From NCBI GenBank assembly GCA_004296885.1, contig SCVN01000018.1, positions 2,980 to 66,979 of the forward strand: 64,000 nucleotides of DNA, in the 5' to 3' direction. A model generated the notes under the pieces. That model made no database searches. It saw only the letters and a program-made list of their open reading frames with translations, and was not told the origin of the DNA. The translations under genes were made by a program, and so were the position numbers. Of this stretch, positions 49,283 to 57,921 are shown piece by piece; positions within the stretch are counted from its first letter, which is position 1, and each line of letters opens with the position of its first letter. Source of the stretch: Nitrospirota bacterium. Its GTDB lineage: Bacteria > Nitrospirota > Nitrospiria > Nitrospirales > Nitrospiraceae.

Positions 49283-50950
49283 ATGCGGATGATGCTGTGC
49301 CATCTCACCGGCAGCCTGCGGGGCCGAACACAGTCGTTCGATACCGATGCGATCCGCGTCGGCGTCGGGGAATCCTGTCACGTCGCGTTCGACCCGGCGA
49401 AAGACCCGACAGTCTGCCCGCTCCACGCAGAGATTGCGGTCGAAGCCCATGCCCCCCTGATCCGGGACCGAAGCGGGAAGAACGCGCTCCTCATCAACGG
49501 CCAGCGAAGCTTTGAGTCCGAACTGAAAGACGGAGACCTCCTGCAGTTCGGCGAAGGCGGCCCGCTGGTGCGGTTTCGCGTCACGGCCGACGAGGGGCAG
49601 GCGAGCAAACCCTGGCGGGCCATCGTCACCGACTCCCGCGACATCGTCGTGCGCATGCCCCATCCCCGCTACCTGTCCCCCCTCTACTTGGCGCGCCACC
49701 TGCTCGCCGATATCGGACGCTATGGGTCCCCGGCCGCGAAGTTGGCCGCTATCCTGGCCATCTTGACGCCGATCGTGATCATTTTCCTGTTGGGCATCGT
49801 CGCCTACCGCCAGCACCTCGCGGCCGACACCGCCCAGCGGCGGATCGCCGACCTCATCAGCCAGCTGGAAGCCGGACAGCTCACCCGCACGGAGATGAGC
49901 CGGCGAATCGAGCAGGAACGCCAGAGCCTGGCGGATCTCCGCCGGCAACAGGAGGAGTTGGCCGCCAGGTTGACCGCCTCGCTCCAAGAGCAGCAGGCGG
50001 CCCATCGGTCCCAGCAGGAGCTCCAGACGATCCGCCGCCAGTTGAGCACGCTCGAAAACCGGCAGCGGTTCGCCGAGGACCTCGTCGCGCGGTTCGGGGG
50101 CAGCGTCGGGTTGCTGCAAGGCGGCTACGGGTTCGTGGAGCAAGGGACCGGCCGGCCACTCCGCTACCAGGGCTTCGATCAAGACGGCCATCCCTTCGTG
50201 GATCGAGAGGGCAATCCCTTGGTGACGGTCGAAGGCGAGAGCCCTCCCATCGTCATCTTCTATGCCGGCAGCGGATTCCTGGTGGACAAGGCGGGGACGA
50301 TCCTGACGAACCGTCATCTCGTTCGGATGTGGGACCATTACGAACCGGCGCGGGAGATCATGGCGACGGGGTTCGAACCCCGCCTGGCCATGCTCCGCAT
50401 CTTCTTCCCCGACACGGGAGCAGCCTTTGCTCTCGACATGCTCGGCGTCTCCGACACCAGCGACGTGGCCGTCCTCCGGACCGACCGGGCGCCGACCGGG
50501 TTGGCCCCGCTTCGCTTGGCTCCCGCGGACGACGCTCCGCGCGTGGGGGAGCCGCTCGTGGCGCTGAGCTACCCGGGTACTTTCGACAGCCTGATGGGAC
50601 GACTGGCCAAGCCGGTGAGCGACGGGATTCTGGAGGAGGCGGGGGGCGACCCGGTCAAACTGGCCGATGCGCTCGCCAGGCGGAAACTGATCCGCCCCCT
50701 GGCCACGCAAGGGCATGTGTCCGACCTATCACCGGACACCCTCACCTTCGAAGCCGGCGCCGGCGGGGGCAGCAGCGGGGGCCCGGTCCTCGACCAAGCC
50801 GGCCGCGTGATCGCGATCAACCATGCGGCGATGCGCAAGGTCGGCGGGCTCAATGTGGGGCTGCGGACCAACCAGGCCAGAGCCTTGCTGGCGCAGTTGC
50901 GGATCGCGCTTGATCCGGACGCCGACGCAAAAGTCCGCCTGCCTCGCTGA
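49283..50950 (+). CDS. FHA domain - TM helix - coiled coil - trypsin-like serine protease fusion
   Basis: N-terminal FHA-like ~100 aa, TM helix LAAILAILTPIVIIFLLGIVAY, a Q/R/L-rich coiled coil, then a protease domain with H (TNRHLV), D (DVAVLR), S (GGGSSGGPV). Confidence 0.75.
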   Translation: MRMMLCHLTGSLRGRTQSFDTDAIRVGVGESCHVAFDPAKDPTVCPLHAEIAVEAHAPLIRDRSGKNALLINGQRSFESELKDGDLLQFGEGGPLVRFRVTADEGQASKPWRAIVTDSRDIVVRMPHPRYLSPLYLARHLLADIGRYGSPAAKLAAILAILTPIVIIFLLGIVAYRQHLAADTAQRRIADLISQLEAGQLTRTEMSRRIEQERQSLADLRRQQEELAARLTASLQEQQAAHRSQQELQTIRRQLSTLENRQRFAEDLVARFGGSVGLLQGGYGFVEQGTGRPLRYQGFDQDGHPFVDREGNPLVTVEGESPPIVIFYAGSGFLVDKAGTILTNRHLVRMWDHYEPAREIMATGFEPRLAMLRIFFPDTGAAFALDMLGVSDTSDVAVLRTDRAPTGLAPLRLAPADDAPRVGEPLVALSYPGTFDSLMGRLAKPVSDGILEEAGGDPVKLADALARRKLIRPLATQGHVSDLSPDTLTFEAGAGGGSSGGPVLDQAGRVIAINHAAMRKVGGLNVGLRTNQARALLAQLRIALDPDADAKVRLPR

Positions 50951-50965
50951 TCGCCTGGAGGGATT

Positions 50966-51838
50966 ATGCGCATTCTACTGGCAGTCGACGCCTCGCCTGA
51001 CTCCAAAAACGCGGCGGGGATGATCAAGCACCTGGCCGTGCCGCCCGATCTCCACGTGCTCAATGTGGTGGACGTGGAGGCGCTGAAGCATGCCTATGAT
51101 GCGCCCGAGATGCCGGCGGGCTACTTTGAGACGTATCGTCGGGAAGTCTCGGAAGTGGCCGAGCGGGTGCTCCACGAGATGAAGGCCGAGTTGGCCCCCC
51201 ATGCCAGCCACATCCGTCTGATCGCCGACACGGGCGACGCGGCGGAGAGCATCATTCAGACGGCCGAGGAGTCCCGAGCAGACCTGGTCATTCTAGGGCA
51301 GCGGGGGATGACCGCGACCCCGACCTTCCTTCTCGGAGGCGTCTCTCAAAAAGTCGCCACCTACGCTCCCTGCTCGGTGTTGATCGTGAAGGAGCCGCAA
51401 CCGACGCTGGATCGCATCCTCCTGGCCCTGGATGGTTCGGAGGAATCGGCGAAGGCCGCCCAGTTTTTGGCTCGCGTGCCCTTCAATGGTCCGATGCAGG
51501 TCACGGCGGTTCTGGTCTGGCCCGGCCATCACGCCGGGCTGTTCGGACCGTCCAAGGGACTTCGCGACGTCCGATCCGCCGCAAAGACGGCGCGCATACA
51601 GGGCGACGCTCTCCTCCGCAGCACGGTGGCGCCGTTGTCAGGCAAGCCCTACGAGGTGGAAACGGAATGGCTGCAAGGAGATCCGGCCTTTTCGCTCATC
51701 GAGGCGGCGGCGCGGCATCAGGCGCAGATGATTGTCCTCGGCGCGCGGGGCATGACAGCCGTCAAACGGTTCCTGCTCGGCAGCGTCTCGCAGAAGGTGC
51801 TCGTGCACGCCCCCTGCTCGGTCCTGATCGTCCGGTGA
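50966..51838 (+). CDS. Tandem universal stress protein (2 x UspA domains)
   Basis: Two repeats, each ending G..GM......LGSVSQKV..HAPCSVLIV. RBS GGAGGG. Confidence 0.9.
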   Translation: MRILLAVDASPDSKNAAGMIKHLAVPPDLHVLNVVDVEALKHAYDAPEMPAGYFETYRREVSEVAERVLHEMKAELAPHASHIRLIADTGDAAESIIQTAEESRADLVILGQRGMTATPTFLLGGVSQKVATYAPCSVLIVKEPQPTLDRILLALDGSEESAKAAQFLARVPFNGPMQVTAVLVWPGHHAGLFGPSKGLRDVRSAAKTARIQGDALLRSTVAPLSGKPYEVETEWLQGDPAFSLIEAAARHQAQMIVLGARGMTAVKRFLLGSVSQKVLVHAPCSVLIVR

Positions 51839-51901
51839 CCCGCGCGCCGAGGACGGGAGGAGCGACACACGCCGCCACGAGCCCCGACCGCGTGACGCGG
51901 G

Positions 51902-52477
51902 CTACTTGGACGGCACAGCTGTGCGCGGGCGCTCGATCCCTGCGGCGACCGCGCCGCCCTCCGTCCGCATGAGCGGACCGGCTTCTTCCCGGACTTCCAA
52001 CACCTCGCGCGCCATCCCCACCAGGGTCATCAAGCCGAAGGGCTTCCGCAGAAATGGCCGCCCCCCTTTGAAGATGTAGAGCGATTCGAGATGTTCGTCC
52101 GAATGCCCGCTCATCAGGATGACCTTGATGCGGGGGCGCACCGCCAGGATCTGTTGCATCAGCTGGACACCGTTCATCGTGGCCGATCGAACCCCGCCGG
52201 TCCGCAATTGCAGCGTGGGCGGCGCCAGCACCAAGTCCGTAATCAGAAGATGGATCATGCCCGGATACTGCCTGCAAAGGCGCAAGGCTTGGAGACTATC
52301 GCCGGCCCGGATCACGTGAAAGCCTTCTTCTTCAAGAAAGTTCCCACACATGCGCACAATCGACGGATTGTCATCGACGAGGAGCACGGTGGACGACTCC
52401 CCGGCAGGCGCCGGAGCCTTCCGCAGGTCCGACGACGATGTTGGGCTCTCGGCTCCGAACGGTCCGTTCGCGTTCAT
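51902..52477 (-). CDS. Stand-alone response-regulator receiver protein
   Basis: REC domain VLLVDDNPSIV...LLITDLVL...KVILMSGH. No output domain. Confidence 0.85.
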   Translation of the reverse strand: MNANGPFGAESPTSSSDLRKAPAPAGESSTVLLVDDNPSIVRMCGNFLEEEGFHVIRAGDSLQALRLCRQYPGMIHLLITDLVLAPPTLQLRTGGVRSATMNGVQLMQQILAVRPRIKVILMSGHSDEHLESLYIFKGGRPFLRKPFGLMTLVGMAREVLEVREEAGPLMRTEGGAVAAGIERPRTAVPSK

Positions 52478-52971
52478 GGCATGCCCTCCTCTACGATCTG
52501 CGCACCTCCGTCAGTCCTCCCGCCATACTCCCCGGCATGACTTGGCTCATACCCGATCAACGCCCTCGTCACGGTCTTGAGGGGCTCCGCCTCGAACACC
52601 CGCAGCTCCCGGTCCGAATCATGGGCCCCCCTGTCGCAACAACCCTGGAGGCGCGCCCCTTCCACGATCACAAGCCGCGGCGTGTGGATGTCGCCGACCA
52701 GAACGCTGGACTCCAACAGCTGCACCAGTTCGCTCGCAACGACGGTTCCCTTGACCGTTCCACGGTTGACCAACGTGCCGACATGAACCTTGCCGATCAG
52801 GACACCCTGGGCGCCGACCTCCAGCGTCCCGGCCGCCTGAATGTCCCCTTCCAGGCGGCCGTCGATCCGCACGGCACCGTCGAAGCGGCACCGGCCCTTC
52901 ACTGCCAGCCCTTTCCCCACGAGCGTGCCGCTGTCCTCGGCGCCATGGATCGCGGGTTTCTTGAACCACAT
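52474..52971 (-). CDS. Bactofilin-family cytoskeletal protein
   Basis: Beta-helical repeats: GKGLAVKGRCRFDGAVRIDGRLEGDIQAAGTLEVGAQGVLIGKVHVGTLVNRGTVKGTV. ATGA overlap with the receiver gene. Confidence 0.85.
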   Translation of the reverse strand: MWFKKPAIHGAEDSGTLVGKGLAVKGRCRFDGAVRIDGRLEGDIQAAGTLEVGAQGVLIGKVHVGTLVNRGTVKGTVVASELVQLLESSVLVGDIHTPRLVIVEGARLQGCCDRGAHDSDRELRVFEAEPLKTVTRALIGYEPSHAGEYGGRTDGGAQIVEEGMP

Positions 52972-52975
52972 GGCG

Positions 52976-53197
52976 TCACGGCTGGTCCGGCAACTGCTGG
53001 TCCGATACGACCGTCCGGTCGCGAGGCACCGCCGGCCCGCCCGGCCCTTCGATCTGCGCCTCCAAGGATTCCGCGAGCACCCGCAACCATGATCGCCGAC
53101 GGTTCAACGGCTGACCGCACATGAGGCAGAAACCCGTGCGGCTTTCCAGTTCGCAGCCGCACAGCAGACAACCCTTGAACCGCCAGAAGTACATCAT
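52976..53197 (-). CDS. Hypothetical small zinc-ribbon protein
   Basis: MMYFWRFKGCLLCGC...CLMCG. RBS GAGGGAAG. First gene after the promoter candidate at 53266. Confidence 0.5.
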   Translation of the reverse strand: MMYFWRFKGCLLCGCELESRTGFCLMCGQPLNRRRSWLRVLAESLEAQIEGPGGPAVPRDRTVVSDQQLPDQP

Positions 53198-53250
53198 GGA
53201 CTTCCCTCGCAAATGCTTGTCTCGACTTGCACGATGTCCCCTCGGAAATG

Positions 53251-53266
53251 AGCAAGGTCGGTGCCG
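53251..53266 (-). promoter_or_regulatory. sigma-54-type -24/-12 promoter candidate
   Basis: The minus strand reads CGGCAC-CGACC-TTGCT, about 55 nt upstream of ATG 53197. Confidence 0.55.
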
Positions 53267-53354
53267 AAACGCGCGGGTGTCTAAAATCGAGCGAGTTCCG
53301 GTCGGTTATCTAACTCGCAGCCTATTCGCGGGGAAAAGCGATCGCAGGACAGAC

Positions 53355-53448
53355 CCTACACCGGCTTCAGCCACGTGCAGATAACTTGTTGATGATCCTT
53401 GAGATTGGATTGAATGCAAGAACCTACACCGAGATGCATAAATGCATC
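53355..53448. promoter_or_regulatory. Candidate enhancer (UAS) region: two GGTGTAGG sites plus a 16-bp palindrome
   Basis: CCTACACC lies on the plus strand at 53355-62 and 53423-30 (GGTGTAGG on the minus strand). The palindrome GATGCATAAATGCATC is at 53433-48. The first site is 94 nt upstream of the promoter GG. Confidence 0.4.
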
Positions 53449-53463
53449 GGACCAGGCGAAGGC

Positions 53464-54873
53464 TTACAACTCTGTCGGCTCCGGCTCTGATGCCTGCGGC
53501 CGGCCATCCGCCGGCGCCGCCTTCGTATCTCCCGGATGCAGACCGTGCTTCCGCAGCAACTTGTAGAAGTCGGCTCGGTAGCGTCCGGCGATCTGCGCCG
53601 CGCGCGAGATATTGCCGCCCGAGGCCTGCAGGATCTCCTTGAGGTACCGTAGCTCGAATTCCCCTCTCGCCTCCGTCAGCGGTTTCAACCGGCCTTCGGA
53701 CGAGACGGGAACAGCGGGCAGCAGGTCCGCCGTGATCATGTTTTGCATGGCCATAATCACGGCCTTTTCCACCGCGTTCTCCAGCTCACGGACATTACCG
53801 GGCCATGGCTGCAGCATCAGCTGGTGCATCGCCTCCGGCAGGAATCCCCGCACGTCCTTGTTCGATCGTCCGGCGCTTTGACGGAGAAAATGCTGCGCCA
53901 GCGCGGGAATGTCATCCCGTCGCTCGCGGAGCGGAGGCACGGTGATCGGCACCACCTGGATGCGGTAAAAGAGATCCTCTCGGAACGTCCCCGCTTTCAC
54001 GGCCTGGGCCAAATCCCGATTGGTCGCCGTGATGATGCGGACATCCACTTTGGTGGGGTGCAGCCCCCCGACCTCCTGCACTTCCCGCTCCTGCAACGCC
54101 CGCAGGAGCTTCACCTGCACGGCCAGCGGCGTCTCGCCGATTTCATCGAGAAACAGCGTGCCCCGTTCGGCGCTCTGGAACAGCCCGCGCTTCGCATGCT
54201 GCGCGCCGGTGAAGGCGCCCTTCGCGTGCCCGAACAGTTCGCTCTCGATGAGGCTCTCTGGAATGGCCCCGCAGTTGATGGCGACGAAAGGGCCCTTGGC
54301 CCGCCGGCTGTTGCAATGGATGACGCGCGCGATGACTTCCTTGCCGGTGCCGGTCTCGCCGGAGAGCGAGATGGTCGCATCCGTGTCGGCGACGCGCGCG
54401 ACCTGTTGCAGCAACTCCTGCATGGACGGGCTCCGCGCGACCACGTTCTCGAGCCCGTAGAGCTCCTTGACCAGCAACTTGAGCCGCTGGATTTCCCGGC
54501 TCATCCGCCGCTGCGCCAGGGCTTTCTCGACGTGCACGGCAAATTCCTTGTCGTCGAACGGCTTTGTGAGGTAGCCGCACGCGCCTTTCTGCATGGCTTC
54601 CACGGCGTTGGGAATGCTTCCATGGGCGGTGAGGATCAACACCGGCAGCTCGGGGTGGAGCTGGCGCAGCTCCTCCATCAAGGCCAGCCCGTCCCGGCCG
54701 CCGAGGCGCAGGTCGGTAATGGCCAGATCGTAGACATCGCGGCGCGCTTCGGCGAGCGCCGTGTCCGCGTCGGTGCAGGCCGTAATGCCAAATCCCATCG
54801 CCGTCAGGCGGATCTTGAGCAGATGGAGCAAGCCTTCGTCGTCATCCACCAGCAATATGCGTTCGCCTTCCAT
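53464..54873 (-). CDS. Sigma-54-dependent response regulator (NtrC family: REC-AAA+-Fis HTH)
   Basis: REC (ILLVDDDEG...AITDLRL), AAA+ with GETGTGKEV and the GAFTGA loop (ESELFGHAKGAFTGA), and a C-terminal HTH (GNISRAAQIAGRYRADFYKLLRK). Confidence 0.92.
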   Translation of the reverse strand: MEGERILLVDDDEGLLHLLKIRLTAMGFGITACTDADTALAEARRDVYDLAITDLRLGGRDGLALMEELRQLHPELPVLILTAHGSIPNAVEAMQKGACGYLTKPFDDKEFAVHVEKALAQRRMSREIQRLKLLVKELYGLENVVARSPSMQELLQQVARVADTDATISLSGETGTGKEVIARVIHCNSRRAKGPFVAINCGAIPESLIESELFGHAKGAFTGAQHAKRGLFQSAERGTLFLDEIGETPLAVQVKLLRALQEREVQEVGGLHPTKVDVRIITATNRDLAQAVKAGTFREDLFYRIQVVPITVPPLRERRDDIPALAQHFLRQSAGRSNKDVRGFLPEAMHQLMLQPWPGNVRELENAVEKAVIMAMQNMITADLLPAVPVSSEGRLKPLTEARGEFELRYLKEILQASGGNISRAAQIAGRYRADFYKLLRKHGLHPGDTKAAPADGRPQASEPEPTEL

Positions 54874-54895
54874 CGTCGCGCCTTTCGTCTGCACG

Positions 54896-55519
54896 CTACG
54901 GCTGCGCGTCCTTCCCGGAAGCCGGAGGGATCCGTCCCGGGGCCGGTTTCGGCCTCCGCTTTTCTTTGTCCTTCATTTCCTGATCGATCCGTTTCAACGC
55001 GTCGAGTTGCCTGGTCAGCTCCTCGATCTGCTTGTCCCTGGCCTTGAGCCCTCGCTGCAATGTCCGGATCGCCGGCCCGTCCAATTCCTGCGACAGCTGC
55101 TGGATCGCCAGTTCCCGGTCGAGCACGTCCCGGACCAGCTGCTCGGTCATCCTCGCCAACGGCCCCGACCAGGCGCCGCCGGAGGGTTGCTCCTTGAGCA
55201 CGTGCAGCCAGACCCGGCTGGACGAGGCGAGGCGGCTGTCGGGGGAGGCGGCGACGACCTGCTGAAACTGCCGGACCGCTGCTTCCCGGTTTTCATAGAG
55301 CGCAACCAGCGCGCGAGTGAAATGGACCCGGTCACAGGTCTGGCGCTCGGCGCAGGTGCCGAGTTGGGTCTCGTGCGCCTGCACGAGACTCTGGTAGCGC
55401 GACAGGTCGGCGGCATCCGGCATGAAGAACGGCGAGGTCGGGCTGACCGCGGGCGCGCAGGCGCTGAGGCTCGCGAGCGCCAGCAGCGCTCCGCCGGCCC
55501 ATGTTCCCTTGCGCATCAT
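54896..55519 (-). CDS. Lipoprotein with a C-terminal coiled coil (unknown function)
   Basis: Lipobox LSAC. ATGA overlap with the kinase stop. C-terminal heptad-like KARDKQIEELTRQLDALKRIDQEMKDKEK. Confidence 0.6.
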   Translation of the reverse strand: MMRKGTWAGGALLALASLSACAPAVSPTSPFFMPDAADLSRYQSLVQAHETQLGTCAERQTCDRVHFTRALVALYENREAAVRQFQQVVAASPDSRLASSSRVWLHVLKEQPSGGAWSGPLARMTEQLVRDVLDRELAIQQLSQELDGPAIRTLQRGLKARDKQIEELTRQLDALKRIDQEMKDKEKRRPKPAPGRIPPASGKDAQP

Positions 55520-56988
55520 GCCATGTCTCCCGGCCGGCGGAGCGGCAACAGGAAGCAGGCGACCGTTCCCTTGCCGACCTCGCTCTCGATCCAGACCCGC
55601 CCCCCATGCGCCTCGATGACTTTCTTCGCCAGCGCCAATCCAAGTCCGCTCCCGGCCACCGCATGCTTTTCCTGCCGGCGGCCCTGGTAGAACCGTTCGA
55701 AGACGTGTGGCAAGTCTTCCGGCGGAATGCCCGGGCCTGCATCCGAGACGGAGAGACCTGCGTTGCCCATACGCTCGTCCGGTTCCACCCGAACCTGGAC
55801 CGTCGCCCCCTCCGGGCTGAACTTGAGGGCATTGGAGAGGAGGTTGTCCACCACCTGTTCGATCCGTGCGGCATCCATCGTCACCCACAGCCCGCCGGGC
55901 GGCGCGTCGACCAGGACCTGGATACGCCGGCCTTCCGCCAGCAGGCGGGTTTTCCGCACCGATTGTTCCACGGTCCGCGTCAGGTCGGCGCGCGCCAGCC
56001 GGTATTCCATCAATCCAGCTTCCATCTTCGAGAGATCCAACAGCGTCGAGATCAGATGCATCAACCGCTGGCTGCTGTCCCGCATGATTTGCAGCGTTTC
56101 TCGTTGCGCCCGGTCCAGGGGACCGGGGATTTCATCCAGCAACAGCTGCGTTCCTTCCCGAATGGACGCCAGGGGCGTGCGCAATTCGTGGGAGATGTGG
56201 GCCAGAAATTCGGCCTTCATCTCGTCCAGTTCCTGAAGTTTTGCGCCCATCCAATTGACCGTTTCGACCAGTTCGCGCAGGTCGCTGGGCACCTCGACGC
56301 TGACCGACCTTCCGAAGTGCCCCTGGCCGATGCGTCGGATGTGCTCCTGGATACGACGCAAGGGACGCAAAATGCTGAGGCTCGCGATCGCCGCGAACGC
56401 AAAGCCCAGCACGATGGCGGCCATCAGCAGCTTCCGCATCATGGCCTCGGCCCGAGCCGAACTGGCCCGGGCTTCATTGACCAGAGTGCCCACTCGATTC
56501 TCGTGAAGCGCAATATAGGCGTCGAGTTGGTCTGTCATGTGCGTCACGTGCTCGTCGCGCTGACGCTCGTCGTCGGCCGACGGCTGAGCAAAACGGAGCG
56601 GTTGGCCTTCGATCTTGTCTCGAAACTGCTGGCGGTAATCCTGGTGCAGCCGCAGCAGATTGTCCAAAAGACCTTGGCCCTCCGGTTCGGTTTCCTGTCG
56701 CCGGAGCGCCGTTGCCGTCCTGCGAAATTCATCCGCCTCCTCGCCCAAACTCTTCAAAAACACTTGGTCCCGCACAGCCAGATATTTCTTTTCACTGCGC
56801 AGTTGGGCATAGAGGCTTGTGATGAGGTGCTTGGCCGTTTCGATCGCCGGTTGGTGATAGGACACCAATTCGGTATTGAGTTTCGTGAGCTGGCGGAGCT
56901 GGAAGAGGGCATAGAGATTGACTCCTGCGACCACCAAAATGATCGCGAGAGAGCCCAAGGCCAGTCGCCAGAAGATTGAAAGACGCAT
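55516..56988 (-). CDS. Sensor histidine kinase (TM-periplasmic-TM-HAMP-HisKA-HATPase)
   Basis: H-box FLAHISHELRTPL, N-box LSNALKFSP and G-box GSGLGLALAKK. Start taken at MRLSIFWRL; an upstream ATG at 57075 is possible. Confidence 0.9.
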   Translation of the reverse strand: MRLSIFWRLALGSLAIILVVAGVNLYALFQLRQLTKLNTELVSYHQPAIETAKHLITSLYAQLRSEKKYLAVRDQVFLKSLGEEADEFRRTATALRRQETEPEGQGLLDNLLRLHQDYRQQFRDKIEGQPLRFAQPSADDERQRDEHVTHMTDQLDAYIALHENRVGTLVNEARASSARAEAMMRKLLMAAIVLGFAFAAIASLSILRPLRRIQEHIRRIGQGHFGRSVSVEVPSDLRELVETVNWMGAKLQELDEMKAEFLAHISHELRTPLASIREGTQLLLDEIPGPLDRAQRETLQIMRDSSQRLMHLISTLLDLSKMEAGLMEYRLARADLTRTVEQSVRKTRLLAEGRRIQVLVDAPPGGLWVTMDAARIEQVVDNLLSNALKFSPEGATVQVRVEPDERMGNAGLSVSDAGPGIPPEDLPHVFERFYQGRRQEKHAVAGSGLGLALAKKVIEAHGGRVWIESEVGKGTVACFLLPLRRPGDMA

Positions 56989-57039
56989 TAGTGGTACATC
57001 TCTGTTTCCGGAAGCCTTTTTCGGTGCGCGCTTTTTCGA

Positions 57040-57127
57040 TTCATGCGCATGAAAATCCATACAACTGTAGGTCATTGTAAACTATGGATATGCCTATCCA
57101 TACATTGGCAATGGTGTAGGCATATCC
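57040..57127. promoter_or_regulatory. Nest of palindromes and direct repeats in the AT-richer divergent control region
   Basis: TTCATGCGCATGAA is a perfect 14-bp palindrome at 57040-53. ATCCATACA occurs at 57055 and 57096. TATGGATA-TGCC-TATCCATA is at 57083-57102. GGATATGCCTA / TAGGCATATCC are at 57086-96 and 57117-27. ACTGTAGG is at 57065-72 and GGTGTAGG at 57113-20. Confidence 0.5.
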
Positions 57128-57219
57128 CTTCAATTGCTCGTTGGTTATTCTTCTCTCATTTCCCGACATAATCAAGAAAACCATTGAAAAATTAGACGCT
57201 TCTCCCATCTTCCGCACTC

Positions 57220-57235
57220 CGGCATTCCCCTTGCT
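57220..57235 (+). promoter_or_regulatory. sigma-54-type -24/-12 promoter candidate
   Basis: CGGCAT-TCCCC-TTGCT, 120 nt upstream of ATG 57355 and divergent from the kinase/NtrC operon. Confidence 0.5.
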
Positions 57236-57354
57236 CACATAGAAAATCGCATGCCGATATTTCCTCACGGCACAGGCGACATAAGAGACCGACACCCATA
57301 GCGCATTGAAGTAGGCTCTCGACTTACAGAGCCTGACCCAGAAAGGGGGGCACG

Positions 57355-57762
57355 ATGAACAGGATCTTATTGAGCATCCTTTCGCTCCTGTTGCTCGTCG
57401 GAGTAGGCGTCATGACGGTCGCCGGCGAAACAGCCATCGCGTCTCAACCAACGGCCATCCGGGTCGATTTGCGGCTTGAGGTTGAGCCGTCCATGTTTCA
57501 GGGAACCGTGGAGGCCATCGACCTCTCCGATTCCAGCATGCTCATCAGGACGGACTACGGCCGTATGCTCCGTCTCTTCAGTATGAACTGTCAGGGGCTG
57601 CGCGGCCTGAATGAGGGCGACCGCGTGCGGCTCGAACCGGACCCGGAGGGGGCCCTGACCGTCACCACGATGGACCGGACCGTACCTCATCTGACACAGA
57701 GCCAGACCTTGCTGGACCAGGCGGCTTGGTCGCCGGGGCTCTGCGACGGGGAGACCCTGTGA
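57355..57762 (+). CDS. Hypothetical secreted protein
   Basis: Signal peptide MNRILLSILSLLLLVGVGVMTVAG. No family recognised. Confidence 0.6.
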   Translation: MNRILLSILSLLLLVGVGVMTVAGETAIASQPTAIRVDLRLEVEPSMFQGTVEAIDLSDSSMLIRTDYGRMLRLFSMNCQGLRGLNEGDRVRLEPDPEGALTVTTMDRTVPHLTQSQTLLDQAAWSPGLCDGETL

Positions 57763-57842
57763 ACCTCGAACAGCTGATTGTGATCGGTCTCTTGGGGTGG
57801 ATGGCGATGCACTGGCTGTTGTTCAGCCTGGACGTACCGTGA
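57759..57842 (+). CDS. Possible 27-aa hydrophobic peptide
   Basis: GTGA overlap with the previous stop. Sequence (V)NLEQLIVIGLLGWMAMHWLLFSLDVP forms a single TM-like helix. Confidence 0.25.
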   Translation: MNLEQLIVIGLLGWMAMHWLLFSLDVP

Positions 57843-57921
57843 TCGCTCGCGCAGGACCGGATGAACCGGCTCCGTCGTGAGACCGGTCGCCATCCTGTAC
57901 GACAAGATCAAGGAGGTTGTC

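Noticed and set aside
50368-50381. tRNA-like T-arm GGGGTTCGAACCCC.
   Set aside because: It lies inside the FHA-protease coding frame. No acceptor-stem complement (GGCCAGG) or D- or anticodon-arm structure is found at the required distances upstream.
57041-57295. 84-aa ORF on the minus strand in the AT-richer region.
   Set aside because: Its composition and codon usage are unlike neighbouring genes. The segment is filled with palindromes and a sigma-54-type promoter, so I treat it as a divergent regulatory region.
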